From: the human T2T-CHM13v2.0 reference genome, Homo sapiens
Reading direction: 5' to 3' (one strand)
NCBI RefSeq assembly: GCF_009914755.1
Contig: NC_060927.1
DNA: 64,000 bases
Position numbers and translations under genes: made by a program. The first letter of the stretch is position 1; each line of letters starts with the position of its first letter. Of this stretch, positions 1-20,759 are shown piece after piece. Under the pieces are notes generated by a model, which was not told where the DNA came from, did not search any database, and saw only the letters and a list, made by a program, of their open reading frames with translations.

Positions 1-3000
1 GGATTCTGTTTGGTAGTATTTTGTTGAGTATCTTTACATCTATATTAATAAAGGATATTGGCCTGAAGTTTTCTTTTTTGTTGAGTCTCTTTTAGGTTTT
101 GGTATCAAGATAATGATACCAACTCATAGAATGAGTTGAGAAGGAGCCCTTCATCCTCAATTTTTTGGAATAGGGTCAGTAGGAATGGCACTAGCTCTTC
201 CTTATACATCTGGTAGAATGTGACTGTGAATCCATCTGGTCCTGGGATTTTTTTTTAGTTGGTAGGCTTTATATTACTGATTTGATTTCAGAACTTGTTT
301 TTATTCTGTTCAGGAATTCAGTTTCTTCCTGGTTCAGTCTTGGGAGGGTGTATTTGTCCAGAAATTTTTCTATTTCTTCTAAACTTTCTAGTTTATGTAT
401 GTAGAGGTATTCATCATAGTCTTTGATTTTTTTTTTTTGTATTTATGTGAGGTGAGTGGTAACATCCCCTTTATCATTTCTAATTGTGTTTATTTGGCTC
501 TTCTCTCTTTTTTTCTGTATTATCCTAGCCAGTGGTCCATATATCTTATTATTTTTTTCAAAAAACACGCTGCTGGATTTGTTGGTCTTCTGTGTGGTTT
601 TTTCATGTCTCAATTTCCTTCACTTTAGCTCTAATTTTTGTTATTTATTGTCTTCCGGTAGTTGGTTTGCTCTTGCTTTTGTAGTTCTTTTAGTTGTGAT
701 GTTATGTTATTAATTTGAGATCTTTCTAACTTTTTGATGTGGACATTTAGTGCTATAAACTTTCCTCTTAACACTACCTTAACTGTGTCCCAGGGATTCT
801 GATATCTTGTATCTTTGTTCTCATTAGTTTCAAAGAATTTCTCAATTTCTGCCTTAATTTCATTGTACACCCAAAGTCATTCAGGAGCAAGTTGTTTTAT
901 TTCCATAGAACTTTATGGTTTTGAGTGATTTTCTTAGTATTGATTTCTATTTATATTGTGCTTTGGTCTGAGAGTGTGATTGGAAGGTTTTTTTTTAATT
1001 TGCTGAGTATTGTTTTCTGTCGATTTTGAGGTCAGTTCTGGAGTATGTGCCATGTGGCAATGAGAAGAATGTATATTCTATTGTTTGGGGGTGGAGAGTT
1101 CTGTAGATATCTATCAGATCCAGTGCTGAGTTCAAGTCCTGAATATCTTTGTTAATTTTCTGCCTCAATGATTTGTCTAATATTCCCAGTGGGATGTTAA
1201 AGTCTCCCACTATCATTGTGTGGGGGTCGGTTTTTGTAGTCTCTAAGAACTTGCTTTATGAATCTGGGTGCTCCCGTGTTGGGTGCATATTTATTTAGGA
1301 TAGTTAGATCTTCTTGTTGAATTGAACCCTGTGTACATTATACATGTACCATTACGTAATTTCCTTCTTTGTCTTTTTTGATCTTTGTTGGTTTAAAGTC
1401 TGTTTCATCAGAAACTAGAATTGCAACCTCTGCTTTTGTCTGTTTTTTGTTTGTTTGTTTGTTTGCTTGATAGATTTTTCTCTGTCCCTTTATTTTGAGA
1501 CTATGGATGTCTCTGCATGTGAGGTGGGTCTCTTTAAGACAGCATACCATTGGGTCTTGCTTTTTTATCCAGTTTGCCACTCTGTGCCTTTAATTGGGGC
1601 ATTTAGGTCATTTACATTCAAGGGTAGTACTAATATATGCATATTTGATTCTGTCATCCTGTTGTTAGCTGGTTATTATGCAGACTTGTTTGTGTGGTTT
1701 CTTTATAGTGTCACTGGTCTGTATACTTAGGTATGTTTTTGTAGTGGCTGGTAATGTTCTTTCCTTTCCATATTTAGTGCTCCTTTCAGGACCTCTTGTA
1801 AGGCAGTTCTGATGGTAACAAATTCTGTTAGCATTTGCTGGTCTGAAAAGGATCATTTCTCCTTCACTTATGAAGCTTAGTTTGGCTGAATATGAAATTC
1901 TTTGCTGGAAATCTTTTTCATAAAGAATGCTGAAAATAGGCCCCAGTAGCTTCTGGTTTGTAGAATTTCTGCTGAAAGCTCCACTGTTAACCTGATGGGG
2001 TTTCCTTTGTAGGTGACCTGGCCCATCTCTTTAGCTGTCTTTAACATTTTTTCTTTGATTTTGACCTTGGAGAATCTGATGATTATGTTTCTTGGGGATG
2101 GTCTTCTTATGTAATATCTTGCAGAGGTTCTCTGTATTTCCTGGATTTGAATGTTGAGGTTAGGAAAGTTTTCATGGACGATATCCTGAAATATAATTTC
2201 CAAGTTACTTGCTTTCTCCTCATCTGTTTCAGAGACACCAATGAGTTGCAGATTTAGTCTCTTTACATAATCCCATATTTCTCAGAGATTTTATTCATTC
2301 GTTTTTATTCTTTTTTCATTATTTTTTCTGACTGAGTTTTTTCAGAGAGCCAGTCATTGAGCTCTGATATTCTTTCCTCAGCTTGGTCTATTCTGCTATT
2401 AATACTTGCACTTGCATCGTGCAATTCTTGTAAGGTGTTTTTCTGCTCTGTTAGATCAGTTTGGTCCTTTCTTATAATGGCTATTTAATCTATCAGCTCC
2501 TGTATTGTTTTATTGTGATTCTTAGCATCCTTGGATTGCATTTTGATGTTCTCCTGAATCTCAATCATCTTCATTCTTATCCATACTCTGAATTGAATTC
2601 TATTTCTTTCATTTCAGCCATTTCAGCCTGGTTAAGACGCCTTGTTTGGGAACTAGTCTGGTCGTTTGGAGGAAATAAGGCACTCTGGCTTTTTGAATTG
2701 CCAGAGTTCTTGTGTTGGTTTTCTCTTATTTGTGCAGGCTGATGTTTCTTCAATTTTTGAAGTTGCTGTCCTTTGGTTTGTTGTTGTTTGTTTTTTTTCT
2801 TTGATGCTTCAGGGGATTTGATTATGGTATAATGTGGGTTTGGGTGACTGGCTTTGATTCTAGTCCACTCATGGGTCTTGGAAGACTCTCCTTCAATTAC
2901 TGTCTTCATGCTCATATTTCTTTAGTCGGGTGTTCTGGCCCATGGGGCTTCCTCAGACACAGGCTACAGTTGGCAAGAAAGCTGTATCCTTCCTAGGTCA

Positions 3001-4240
3001 GCCCCAATCTGCTGTCTGTTTGCTTCCTAGGGAAAGACAGGTTGTGTCTCTTCACAGAGCTCCGGCAGAATGCTGGGTTGGAAGCTCAAGTGGTTGTGGC
3101 CTATCTGACTACAGGTGGTGGGGGTGGGGTAGTTGCCTGCCCTACCATCTGGGTACTTCCAGGGTGATAGGAGGCTGTGCCCCTTGGTAAATTCAGGCAG
3201 AAATAGGACTGCTGAGGCAGAAGTTCTAGTAGGAATGGGTTTCCTAGTACCAGCAGCAGGAGTGGGTGGGGATGCCCACCCTGCCATCCAGATGCTTCCT
3301 GGGATAATAGCTGACTGTGCTCACTGGCTGAGTTCCCTCAGAAGCAGGATCACTAGTCTGGAAGCTCTAGAAAGTGTTGCTCACCAGACTACCAGTGGCA
3401 GGGGTGTGCAGGGTTGCATGATCTGCCATCTGGGTGTTTTCTGGGACAACAGGAAGCTGCACCCTCTAGCTGAGTTCACACAGAAGTGGGGCCACTGGGC
3501 CAGAAGCTCTAGCAGGTGTTGCCCGTCTGGCTATCAGTGATGGGGGTAGATGGAGTCATGTCCCTTGCCATCTGGGTATTTCTCAAGACAACACAAAGCT
3601 GCACCCTCCAGCTGAATTCCCACAGAAGCAGGAACACTGGGCCAGAAGCTCTAGTAGGCATTGCCTGCCTGGCTATAAGCAGTGGGAGTTGGTTGGGTTG
3701 CCTGCCACGCCATCTGGGTGCTTCCTGGGACAACAGGAGGCTGTGCCCATCAGCTGGGTTCATGCAGAAGCAGGGCCACTGGGCCAAAAGTTCTAGCAGG
3801 TGTTGCCTGCCTGGCTACCAGTGGCAGGTGTGGGTGGAATGTCACATGCCCTGTCATCTGGGTGTTTCCTGGGATACCAGGAAGGTGCACCCTGTGGCTG
3901 AGTTCACACAGAGATGGGGCTGCTGGGCCAGAAGCTCTAGCCAGGGGGATTCTCCCATTCCCAGTTTTGCACAGGTAGAGACCGTAAATCCCCCTGGTGG
4001 CTTTCACTTACTCACCCTTTCCCACATTGGAGAGAGTCTCCTGGCTTCATGCTGAGCCCAGATGGGCTGGTGCCCTGTTTTACTCCTCTCTGCTCTCTGT
4101 GTCCCCTGCTGCCTTGATGGATCTCAATGTGGTTTCTCAGAGGATCGGCCTGCAAGGTCAGTGTTCATTAGCCCTTTTCTTTCCTTTCCATGAAATGGTG
4201 CATATGAGCTGCTTCTAGTTCACCATCTTGCCACCCCCCA
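1..4240 (-). mobile_element. Old primate L1 (roughly L1PA13-16/L1P4 grade): 5'UTR, ORF1 and start of ORF2; continues off the left edge
   Basis: Minus-strand ORF fragments match L1 ORF2 endonuclease (IVGDFNIPL, AEVAILVSDETDFKP) and ORF1 (RPSPRNIIIRFSKV, VTYKGNPIRLT). The 5' terminus carries the YY1 motif CAAGATGG (ccatcttg, 4223-4230). Many stops and frameshifts. Confidence 0.9.
3100..3945. repeat. Tandem array of about six ~142-bp units inside the L1 5'UTR
   Basis: Anchor ccatctgggt or a close variant recurs at ~3145, 3284, 3426, 3568, 3710 and 3854 (spacing 139-144 bp); agaagctctag and gctgagttc variants recur per unit. Confidence 0.85.
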
Positions 4241-4938
4241 TCACCCCCACTTTTTTTTTTAAGAAAGAGAGTTCTTTGAAGATTTTTTCAACTTCCTGCA
4301 AGCACAACAATTCAAAAAGTAAGTTTTCTTTATGATCTAGGTGTTGTGAAGTAAATGGTGGTGATTTGCAAAGTATCTAGTATATCATTGTGTTAATAAT
4401 AGGTTCATTTCAGTAATCCAAATAATGCTTTAAACATCATCACCATTTTGTCTTAGTGAAATCAAGGCAGATGAACCTAATGGCAGTGTCAGTATCCTGA
4501 CTAGACCTCAAGCCCCTAGCGCCCATAGTACCCCTCTTTTCAGATGCTGAGATGTCATGTTGCTTATCGAGTGGTTCGTGACTTGGTGACAAATGTTTTG
4601 TGGTTTGGAAGGTCAACCAAGTCTGTGGACCAGTTGGGTATCAGGAATGGCTTTATGCAGTCATCCCATCACTGTTCTGTCTCTTTACTTTTTCACTGAT
4701 GGGCCAAACAGCTTTTCTGATTGTATTTTTTTAAAGAAACTCTTCTTCTAGGCTTCTGGACAAGCCAGAATTACTGTGTTGTGCTTACTGAAATTCAACT
4801 GTTTTCAATGTTGGATAGTGAACAACAGAAACAACAATGAGAGAAAAAGCCACCAAATCAGTTTCTAATTAGGCCATTCCTACTGGTGCTGGTGCTGCTC
4901 CTGCTGTCGTCTACCTCCTTGTGCTTCTGCTCTATTAA

Positions 4939-5276
<338 letters not shown>

Positions 5277-6322
5277 ACCTTGTTTCTCCTCCTAAAGCCA
5301 GATAAGACTCCGACGGACCTGGGCTGGGAATTGGGGCACCTAGATTCGGGTCCAGCTCATCTTGCAAACATCACTTTTAACATTTGAGAGGCTCTACTGT
5401 CCTATTTGGATCTTAAAGCACCTTAAAGATTATCATACGGTAATTAAAGAGAGATGTTGTGAAGATTAAATGATTACTTCTGAAATGTTATTCAAATGGA
5501 AAGCAGCAGGAACAGCAGCAAACTCTTACTGAGCACCTAAAATACAGAAAGTGTTAGCTCAGTGAGAACAGCTGTATAATCAACAGAGATTGGAGGACTG
5601 GATTCATGAATAAAACCTAAATAACTGTGCAAGGGAGTACATGAAAATATAATGTGTGCCTAGGGCTGCCTTTTTGAAAGTGTGACCTACAGAAAAGACC
5701 ACTGAGAATACTTCATGAAAAGAAGTTTTATGTTTAAATCTATTTGGAAAGTTCTGTATTTTATATTCATTCCCTTGGGAATTTACAATGGCTAGTGATT
5801 AATTAAAAATGTTCATGAATCCTGTAGCAGGTAACCCATGTAAGCCACAATTTCCTACACTGACTTGACCAAAGAACTGATTTTCAGTAACACCTGTTGA
5901 CCTGAAGAGGAACACATTTTAGAAAAGCTGATCCAGATCTTGATACTGTGGAAGGATTGTCACAGGTGTGACATTTCTGTGCAAAGTGGCAGCACACAAT
6001 AAGAGGTCAGTGGAGACATGAGCAAATCGGGGAGTGTCCACACAACAGAGAAGAAAAGGAGCTGGTGCACAGCAGTCTCGCAGATAAGTTTATAAAGGGA
6101 GAAGGTGTTAGCTGTCGAAAGCCTTGAATGCCAGGCCAAAGGAACTGGACTTACAGGAGGAAGCCCTGCCTCATAGTTCTTAATGGGCCTCCTCCCGAGA
6201 AACCTGTGAGCTTTGTAAGAAGCTGCCCATGGTCCTTGGCATGCATAACAGAGTCATCATTCCTCTTTCCCAGTCAAGAGACCATCATTTTGGATCTGTG
6301 TTCTCTCCAGTCTTTACTTATA

Positions 6323-6484
6323 CCAATGGTTCTCAAATGTCAGCATGTATTAGAACAACACAAGGGGCTGGCTGAAACACAGATTGCTGGCTCTACCAGT
6401 GTTTCAGATAGGCCCGAGAATCTGCATTTTTAACAAACATAAGGTGGAGCTGTTGCTGCTAGTCTGGTAACCACCCTTAGAATA
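6323..6484. mobile_element. MER5A-like hAT-Charlie DNA transposon
   Basis: caatggttctcaaa...aaacacagattgctgg...ggcccgagaatctgcattttaacaa matches the recalled MER5A pattern. Confidence 0.75.
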
Positions 6485-8039
6485 ATCCTTCAGGAATACT
6501 TTTATTACTGATCCTCTTCTTGCCAACAGTTTCTGCACTGGTGGACATACACAGCACACAGATAATGGAGATACTTAAGATGGAACTTGAGAGAAAGATG
6601 GCTGCAGCCATCTTCCTTACTCACCAGGATCTCAGTTTCCCCACAGAATTGTACATGGCTTCATGCTTTAACCAAGACAGGGCTGGCAAACTCAAATCCT
6701 GGAAGTGTCCAGGTAGTCAGTGAAGATGAGTGAAGGAGGCCAGAGAGCCCACAGAAACACAGTTCACACAACTGATGCCATGCTAGAGTGGGGCCAGTGT
6801 TGTCAACAAGCCATCATTGTTATCTTTCTATAGGTAAAGAAACAGGGCTCAGTGAGGGTAGATAATGGGCTAAAGGTACCTCACCCAGCAGGTGAAAGAG
6901 CTCAGATTCTAAAGGGTCTAACTCCAAAATCTAAAGGGTCTAATTCTAAATCTAAGACCTTTCCTCTATATTGTCTCTGCGGATGTACCATCTCTAGGTC
7001 ATGGCAGGAGGAGGTATGCAGAGTCTCCCTGGAAATCTGGATAATTTATATCTGCTGTTTCTTTGTATTGCTATTATGAGACAGAGCCACAGACACAGGG
7101 CAAATTCAGATTAAAAAAAGGGCTGAGTTTGGTAGATGCTTTCAGTTCTCCTCTACCAGGTTTAATCCTCTTGCTTCTCTATTACCAGCTTTTCACTCAG
7201 GTTTCTTGTCTAGGAGCTAATCAGGCCTTAATTGGAAATAGAAATGCATCTCTTGCTTGAGTCACAGGCTGTTAAGAAACCAGAATAGATGAGAGTTAGG
7301 CTTGCGTGAGTTTCGGCTGCTTCTACTAATGAAGCAAGCGCAAGCTGGAAATCTGCAGCCAATTTAAAGAAATGGTCTCTGTCTTGGTCTGTAGTACACA
7401 GGGTAAGGTTACCTGCTTTGATATTTGTGGCAGCATCAAGCTCCCGTGTCTATTTCAGATTCTTCATCAAATCCTAAAAAAAATTTGACCAAGAGTAATA
7501 ACCGTCACACAAAATATCTCCCATGTCACATCACTCAGAATATAAGGAAGCATTATAGAGTACAGCCCCATAAATTCACTTATAATTTAGAATACTAATA
7601 AGATATGATAGACAAATTAAATTTGTTTATAAATACCCAACTCATTTTAGACTATGTTTTGCCCCAACATCCATTAATCTTTTGATTTAACAGGGAATGT
7701 AGGGTAAGTTGAACTTTATTTCATTTTTTTTTTTTTTTTGCATTGCCTCCATATTGGCCAGAGATAAGGGATAAGGAAGACAAGGCAAGGACATAGATGT
7801 GGAAAAGACCATTGGCTGTCCTTCAAAATTCACACTTCTCTGCTTATAAAGGTATTAGATCTTTTAGCTGGGCATTTGTTTTCTATTTTTCTCTGTCTAT
7901 GTTGCAACTAGGTATGCTCATGTGATTAAGTTCTGGCCAATGAGATGCAAAGTGTCTTATGGCAGCTTCCAGGAGTCTTCCTTTAGAGAAAACAGCCTCT
8001 TATCCCTAGAAGCTTTTCTTCAATTAACACTTCATTTTG

Positions 8040-8460
8040 TTGATAGATCACCAAAGGCAGACATACATTCTTTGCACCACCTTCCATCAAAAAGTGGAGT
8101 CTATTTCTTTACCCCTTGAATTTGGTGTTGGATGGGTCACATGTTCTGGCCAATAGGACATCAGCAAATGTGATATAAACAGCAATTGAAAGCACTTGCA
8201 GATTAGTCTTGCTCTCTCTTGCTTCTGTGAACCCTGAGCCTGTTATAGAAAAACTCTAAGTCAGCCTTCTTAGTGATGAGAGACCACAGAGATAGCAAGA
8301 CCTCAGCCATGCCAGCCATCCCACTTGGGCCTAACTAAGACCCTAGATATGTAAGTCCATTGGAGACCACTAGGCCCCAGAAAAGCTGCCCCAGGAGAAA
8401 AAAATCTACCTAGCTAAACCACAGAATTATGAGAAAAACATAAATCATTATTACTTTAAT
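8040..8460 (+). mobile_element. MLT1 (MaLR) solo LTR, H/G-like
   Basis: ccttccatcaaaaagtggagtctatttct...cccttgaat...tggccaatagga...cacagaattatgaga is typical of MLT1. Confidence 0.65.
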
Positions 8461-9213
8461 CAGACTAGATGCAGAAGAATAAAGAGTGACTGGAAAACAA
8501 AACAGTAGAAAAGATTTAGACTGAAGCAAAGAGAAAAAAGATGCAAAACACTGAGAAGAGAGTAAGGTACAAATGGAACACAGTGAAAAGTTTTAATGTA
8601 TAAGTACTTGGAATTTCAGAAAGAAAGAGGAGAATATAATGGAAGAATGTGTAATAAATGGTGCTGGGAAAACTGGCAAGCCACACATAGAAGAATGAAA
8701 CTGGACTCCTCACTTTATACAAAAATCAATTCAAGATGGACAAAGAATTAAACAGAAAACCTGAAACCATAAAAATCCTAGAAGACAATGTTGGGAAAAT
8801 GCTTCTAGACATTAGCCTAGGCAAAGAATTCATGACTACGACCCCGAAAGCAAATGCAACAAAAACAAAAATAAATAAATGGAACCCAATTAAACTAAAA
8901 AGCTTCTGCACAGAAAAAGAAATAATAATCAACATAAAAAGACAAACCACAGAATAGGAGAAAATATTTGCAAACTACATATCCAACAAAGGACAAGTAT
9001 TCAGAATCTATAAGGAACTCAAACAAATCAGCAAGAAAAAACCAAATAATTCCATCAAAAAGTGGGCAAAGTACATGAATTGACATTTCTCAAAAGAAGA
9101 TATACACATGGCTAACAAACAAGAAAAGAAGTTCAACATCACTGATCATCAGAGAAATGAAAATTAAAACCACAATCAGATACCACCTTACTTCTGCAAG
9201 AATGGCGATTAAA

Positions 9214-9617
<404 letters not shown>

Positions 9618-9965
9618 TTATACACCGTTGGTGGGAATGTAAATTAGTACAATCTTTATGAAAAACAGTACGGAGATTCCTTAAAAATCTGAAAGTAGAT
9701 CTACCATTTGATCTAGCAATCTTACTACCCAAAGGAAAATAAGTCATTATATGAAAAAGACACTTACACATGCATGTTTATAGCAGCACAATTTACAATT
9801 GCAAAGATATAGAGCCAACCTAAATGCCCATTGACTGAGTGGATAAAGAAAATGTGGTATATATACACATTTGGAATATATACCACGGGGAATGCTACTC
9901 AGCCATAAAAGGAACAAAATAATATCTTTTGCAGAAACTTGGATGGAGCTGGAGGCCATTATTCT

Positions 9966-15373
<5,408 letters not shown>

Positions 15374-15816
15374 GCTGGAGGCCATTATTCTAAGTAAAGT
15401 AACACACAAGTGGAAAACCAAATGCCCTATGTTTTCATTTATAAGTAGGAACTAAGCTATGAATACTCAAAGGCTTACAGAATGATATGATAGACTTTAG
15501 AGACCCAGAAATGGGAGGGTGAGAGGAGGGGTAGGGATAAAAAACTACACATTAGGTAAATGTACACTACTTGGATGATGAGTGCACTAAAATCTCAGAA
15601 TTCTCCACTATAAAATTCATCCATGTAACAAAAAACCACTTGTACCCCTATTGAAATAATTGTTTAAAAAAAGAATATGATAGAAGAAATATTTGAAAAG
15701 ATATGGCTAAAAATATGACAAAACTGATTAAAGGGTTTAATGATTCATTGATCCAAGTGTTCTGTAACCACAAACAGAATGAATACAAAGAAAACCAGAC
15801 CTAGGCGTACCATAGT

Positions 15817-16230
15817 GTATTAGTCTGTTTTGGCTACTATAACAAAATACCGTAGACTGGTGGCTTAAACAACAGACACTTATCTCATAGTTCTGGAGGC
15901 TGGAAATTTCAAGATCCAGGTGCTGGGTTTATTTGGTTCCTGGTTAGGGCCTGCTTCTTGGCTTGCAGATGACTGTCTTCCTGCTGTGTCCTCACATGAT
16001 GGGGAGGGAAGTGAGGAAAGTGCGGGGATTGGTGGAATGGGAGGTGGGGATGGCGGTGGGAGTGGGGATGGGAAGAGCAAGCTATCTAGTCTTTTCTTCT
16101 AAGAGCACTAATCCCATCATGAAGACCCCATTCTCATGAACTCATTTAAACCTAATTATTTCCCAAGGGCTTTGTCTCCAAATATGATCATATTGGGGCC
16201 TAGGACTTCAGCATATGAATTTCAGGAGGT
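15817..16230 (-). mobile_element. MLT1A-type MaLR solo LTR
   Basis: tgtattagtctgtt...ctataacaaaatacc...gttctggaggctgg...gcactaatcccat...catatgaattt. Confidence 0.85.
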
Positions 16231-19200
16231 AAAACAGAGTCCATCCCACATAGTAGGCCTGCTGAAAAATCAAATATGAGCAGAAAACTATAAAAGTAAC
16301 CAGAAAGGAAAGACACTTGTATTCAAAAGAACAACAATCGGGCTGATATCTAACTTTTCAATAGAAATAATACAGGCCACAACAAGACATGATGTTATCT
16401 TTAAACTTCTGGAAAAGAATAACTGCCAGCCTAGAATTATATACCTAGTGATAATATTCCTCAAAAATAAAAATGAAATAAAAACATTTTTTGACAAAAG
16501 TAGAAAATTTGTCACACATAAGCCTATAGTAAAAGAAATACTAAAGGGAGGTTTTATGACAGAAAGAAGATGATCTGGGAAGGAAATATGAAAATACAAG
16601 AAGAGATAAAAATCATCAGAAAGGGGAAACAAGTACATTAACATGACGGAATAATGACTGTGCAAAAACAATTTATTTTGAGAATAAAAATATATGTGGA
16701 GTTCAAAATGCATGACAACAATAATACAAAAGATGAGAATGGAGGTAAACTGCTAAAATTTCTTAGTATCATCAGGGAAATGGTATAAGTATTTATTTTA
16801 GAATGAAATAAGTCAAGAATTCATGGTAAAATCTCTAGTATATCCATTATTGGCTGGCCAAATTTATAATGCACAAGCTAATAGAGTTTAAAATTGGAAT
16901 GAAAATATTTCATCACTCCAAAAGAAGTCAAGAAAGATGATTAAAAAGAATCTGAAACAAATAGTTCAAATAAAAATAACCTAAAAAGTATATCTAAACT
17001 CAGTTTATATTTAATGCAAAGGGACTAGGTAATTTCAATATAAAAATTAGATTCTCAGACTGGGAAAAAAGAAAAAAAACAACTATATATTTTTACTTTG
17101 TGTAAAAAAACAGAAAAGTTGAAGGTAAATATATGGGGGAGGGGATGGGGGCAGGAAGAAAGCTGTACCATGCAAATACCAACCAAAAGAAAGCACAGAT
17201 GGCTTCACTGCTGAATTCTTTTAAACTTTTAAGAAATAATACAAATCTTTCACAGATTCTTCCTGAGAACAGAAAAGGAGGAATACTTCACTTTCCAAAT
17301 CTTGATTTGTTCAACTTAATATTGATATTAAGACCTAACATCAAAAAAGGAAAATTACAGGCCAATATCTCTTAATACTATAGGTGCAAAAATCCTATTA
17401 AAAATACTGATAAATCATGTTCAACAATATATAAAAAAGGTTAATCTGAAGTTGAGTGTTTCCTAGAAATTCAGCGCTGGTTTGAAATTCAAAAATTGAT
17501 TAACATAATTTAACTACATCAACAGAAAAAGGAATAACAATAAACTATTTTAATAATTGTAGAAAAATAATTTAATAAAAGTAAACACTCACTTATAATG
17601 AAACCCTAGAAAAGTAGGAATATAAACAGACTTAATCTAGTAGAATATATTACACAAAACTTGTACAAATCATACTAAATAGTGAAATAGTGAACGTTCT
17701 GCCCCTGAGACCTGCAGTGTGACGAAGATGCTTGATCTCATTGCCTGTAATCAACATTGCACTAAAGATTTTAGGCATTGTAACAATGTAAGAAGAAAAG
17801 TGGAAGTATTAGAAAAAAAACTGTTATTATTTGTCATTATTGGCTGGCCCAAAGCATCTATAGACAGACTTAGAATAAGTGAACTTTTAGAATTAATAAG
17901 TAAATTAAAAAAGTACTTGAGCTAAATGGTCAATATATAAATGCCAATGATATTTCTTTATATTAGGAAAAAACAATATGGAAAATAAAATTTAAATTTT
18001 ATTTTATGAATGCAATTTACAATTGTATAAAATGTATCAAAGATTTAGGAATAAATATAATGAAAGATATGCAAGACCTCTATGTTGAAAACTAAAAATC
18101 ACAACAGGAAGACTTCAAAGAGTACCTATACAAATAGGGAAAATATACACTGTTTATTAAATAGAGCACTCAATATTGCAAAGGTGTCACTTCTCCCCAA
18201 ACTGACCTACAGATTCAATGCAACTCAAGTCAAATTACATAAGGCTGTGTCTTGGGGACATTTGATAGGCTGATTTAAAGTATTATAGGGAAATGCAAAA
18301 GGACCAGTATAGCCAAGCCAATGTTGAAGATGAGGTTGAGAGATATTGAGATTATTATACAATTATATTAATCAATATAAGTTACAGCAAATAGATCCAT
18401 GGAACAGAATGTAGAGGTCTGAAACAGACCTATATATAAGCATCACCTGATTGTCACAAAAATAACACCACAGTGGAATGGAGAGAGGAGGGTCCTTTCA
18501 ATAAATGATACTTGAGCCCCTACTTCACACTATTCACAAAACCCAATTCCAGTTAGATTATTGATTTAAACTTAAATGGCCAAGCTTAATGTTTCTAGGA
18601 GATAGCATAGAAGAATATCTTCATGACTTTAGTATAGGTAAAGGTTTCTTGAATGGGACACAGAAAGCATGAATACTTAAGGAAATGATTGATAAATTGA
18701 GATTTATTAAAATTAAGAACTGTTTCATTATGAAAATTCCATTAAGGAAGTGAAAGATACCCCAGAGTGGAAGAAAATATTTGCAATGCATGTATTAACA
18801 ACATAATGAATTTTGAGATATCATTGTAAAAAGATAGACAATTCAATAGAAAAATGGGCAGTTCACAAAAGGGGATATAAGACATATGAAATATGCTCAG
18901 CATCAGGAAAAATGCAAATTAAAACCACAAGAACTCAAACTCTATGACCCAGTAATTCCATTGCTAGATATATGTCCCATAGAAATGCTCTCTCCTTCCC
19001 CACATCTCCTTCATATTCTCCAGCTCCTGGGGGGCCCCTTTCCCAGTACCTCTGGTCAGAAAGGCATGGTCCATGCAACCTGAGTTGCCTTCTGGGCAAA
19101 TCAGTGAGAAAAAAAGATAAAAGAAAAAAGTAAATAAAAGGAATCTTCCCATTTCAAGTCCTTCCCTGAGAGAACATCCATCTCTCTAACCAGAGGACTG

Positions 19201-20759
19201 GGAAATAAAGTGAAAATAAAATAAAACAAAGCTAAAACAATACACAAACTTCCCCCTATAGCAATATGGAAGTATGGAAACTGTATGGAATGCATATAAA
19301 CTGGTTAGACAGAATAATCATAGCACAAACTTAGTCAAAAATAAAACCTATAATTGACATTGAATTTATTTGTTGCTTCCTAATAGACAAAAAATGAGAG
19401 GGGGATATGATTGCATCGGATTGACTCTTTGGACTCTGTATCTAAAGCTTTTCTTAAATGTTTCCACTTTCAGAATCTTTTTTTTTTTTTTAATCCTCAA
19501 GCAATGGTTTCTGAGCTGGCAGCCAATTTCTCAGAGAGCTGGGAGCTGCCACAGTGTTGGAAGGAGTGGACCGTTAGCCTCTGAGACATCCCCTGCTTGT
19601 CAGCATCAGCTCCAGGAATACAGGGGAAGTTGGAACAGACCCACAAGTGTCTCCAAGGGGCTAAGTGGAAGAGAATGGCTGGTCATCTATTCTTTGTTCA
19701 TTCATTTAGCACATGTCCACTGAGTGTCCCACACACGCCTAGAACTCACTCATCAGGGGACACAGACCCAGGCTCCCCTATACTTGTTAGTCACCATTTT
19801 ACTTCCTTCAAACACCTTTTGCTTCCAGCCCTGGAGTGAGAGCTGACTGTGTAGTCCCTGCCTGAGTGTCCTAAGACCATGAGGCAGGGCACTTGAGCCT
19901 GAGACTTGAACATCAAACCCGACACTTGATGGCAAGAACACGAAAGGCTACATTTGGGAGCATCTTCAGAGAGAACTAGTCAGTTATGTGACCCCAGGCA
20001 AGGCACTTTACCTCTCTGAATCTCTTTTCTTTGTCTACAAAATGGTGAAAACATAGTGACCTACTCAGAGGGTTACTGTGAGATTAATAATATAACTCTG
20101 TAAAATATATACTGGACACAGTAGAATCTTTACCCAACAAATGCAATCCTTTTCCTCCTTCTCTTCTTCCTCTTACAATCTCTTGGCTGCTTCATCAATC
20201 TCCCACTTGGACCTTAAGCCACACCCTGAGACCTGGAGAGGCTTCCAGAAAAAAATATCTTTCTGCTAGGGAGAGCACCCTTCCACCTGGGAAACACAGA
20301 AAATGAAAGTAGCTGGGTCTCTACCCCACCAGCCTTGTGAAGTCAGTATGCCTTCACAAGCTCTAGGGCAGTGCTGCTCAAACTTTAGTATTCACTCAAA
20401 CTACTTGGAGACCTTTGTCAAATATAGCTTCTGCTTCAAATTGGTCTAGGGTGAAGCCCTGGATATTGTATTTTTACCAGGTGGTGCTGATCATGCCAGC
20501 TCATGAACTACACTTTAAATGGCTCCTTCCACCTCAGAGCATCCAGCCCCAACCTTCTTCCTATCTGGCATCCCCATTCATACCTCCTATTATACCCTCT
20601 CTTGCTTATCCTCCAAGAAGGAATGTTCTGAGGGTGGTTGCTTCTCTTTCTGGGCCCAGCCACACTTGGCATTTCATTCTTTCCCTCACCAAGCTCCAGA
20701 TGCTGTGGAGGGAGCACAGCCAATCACCCTGAAGAATGAAGCCCTCAGCCTAGGAGCAC

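Noticed and set aside
3133-4055. Repetitive 100-180 aa ORFs and a superficially CRISPR-like periodicity
   Set aside because: Whole ~142-bp units are homologous, with no unique spacers, and they lie in an L1 5'UTR in a human context.
16024-16072. G-run cluster in MLT1A as a G-quadruplex
   Set aside because: One loop is 8 nt and it sits in a low-complexity expansion within an LTR; no evidence of function.
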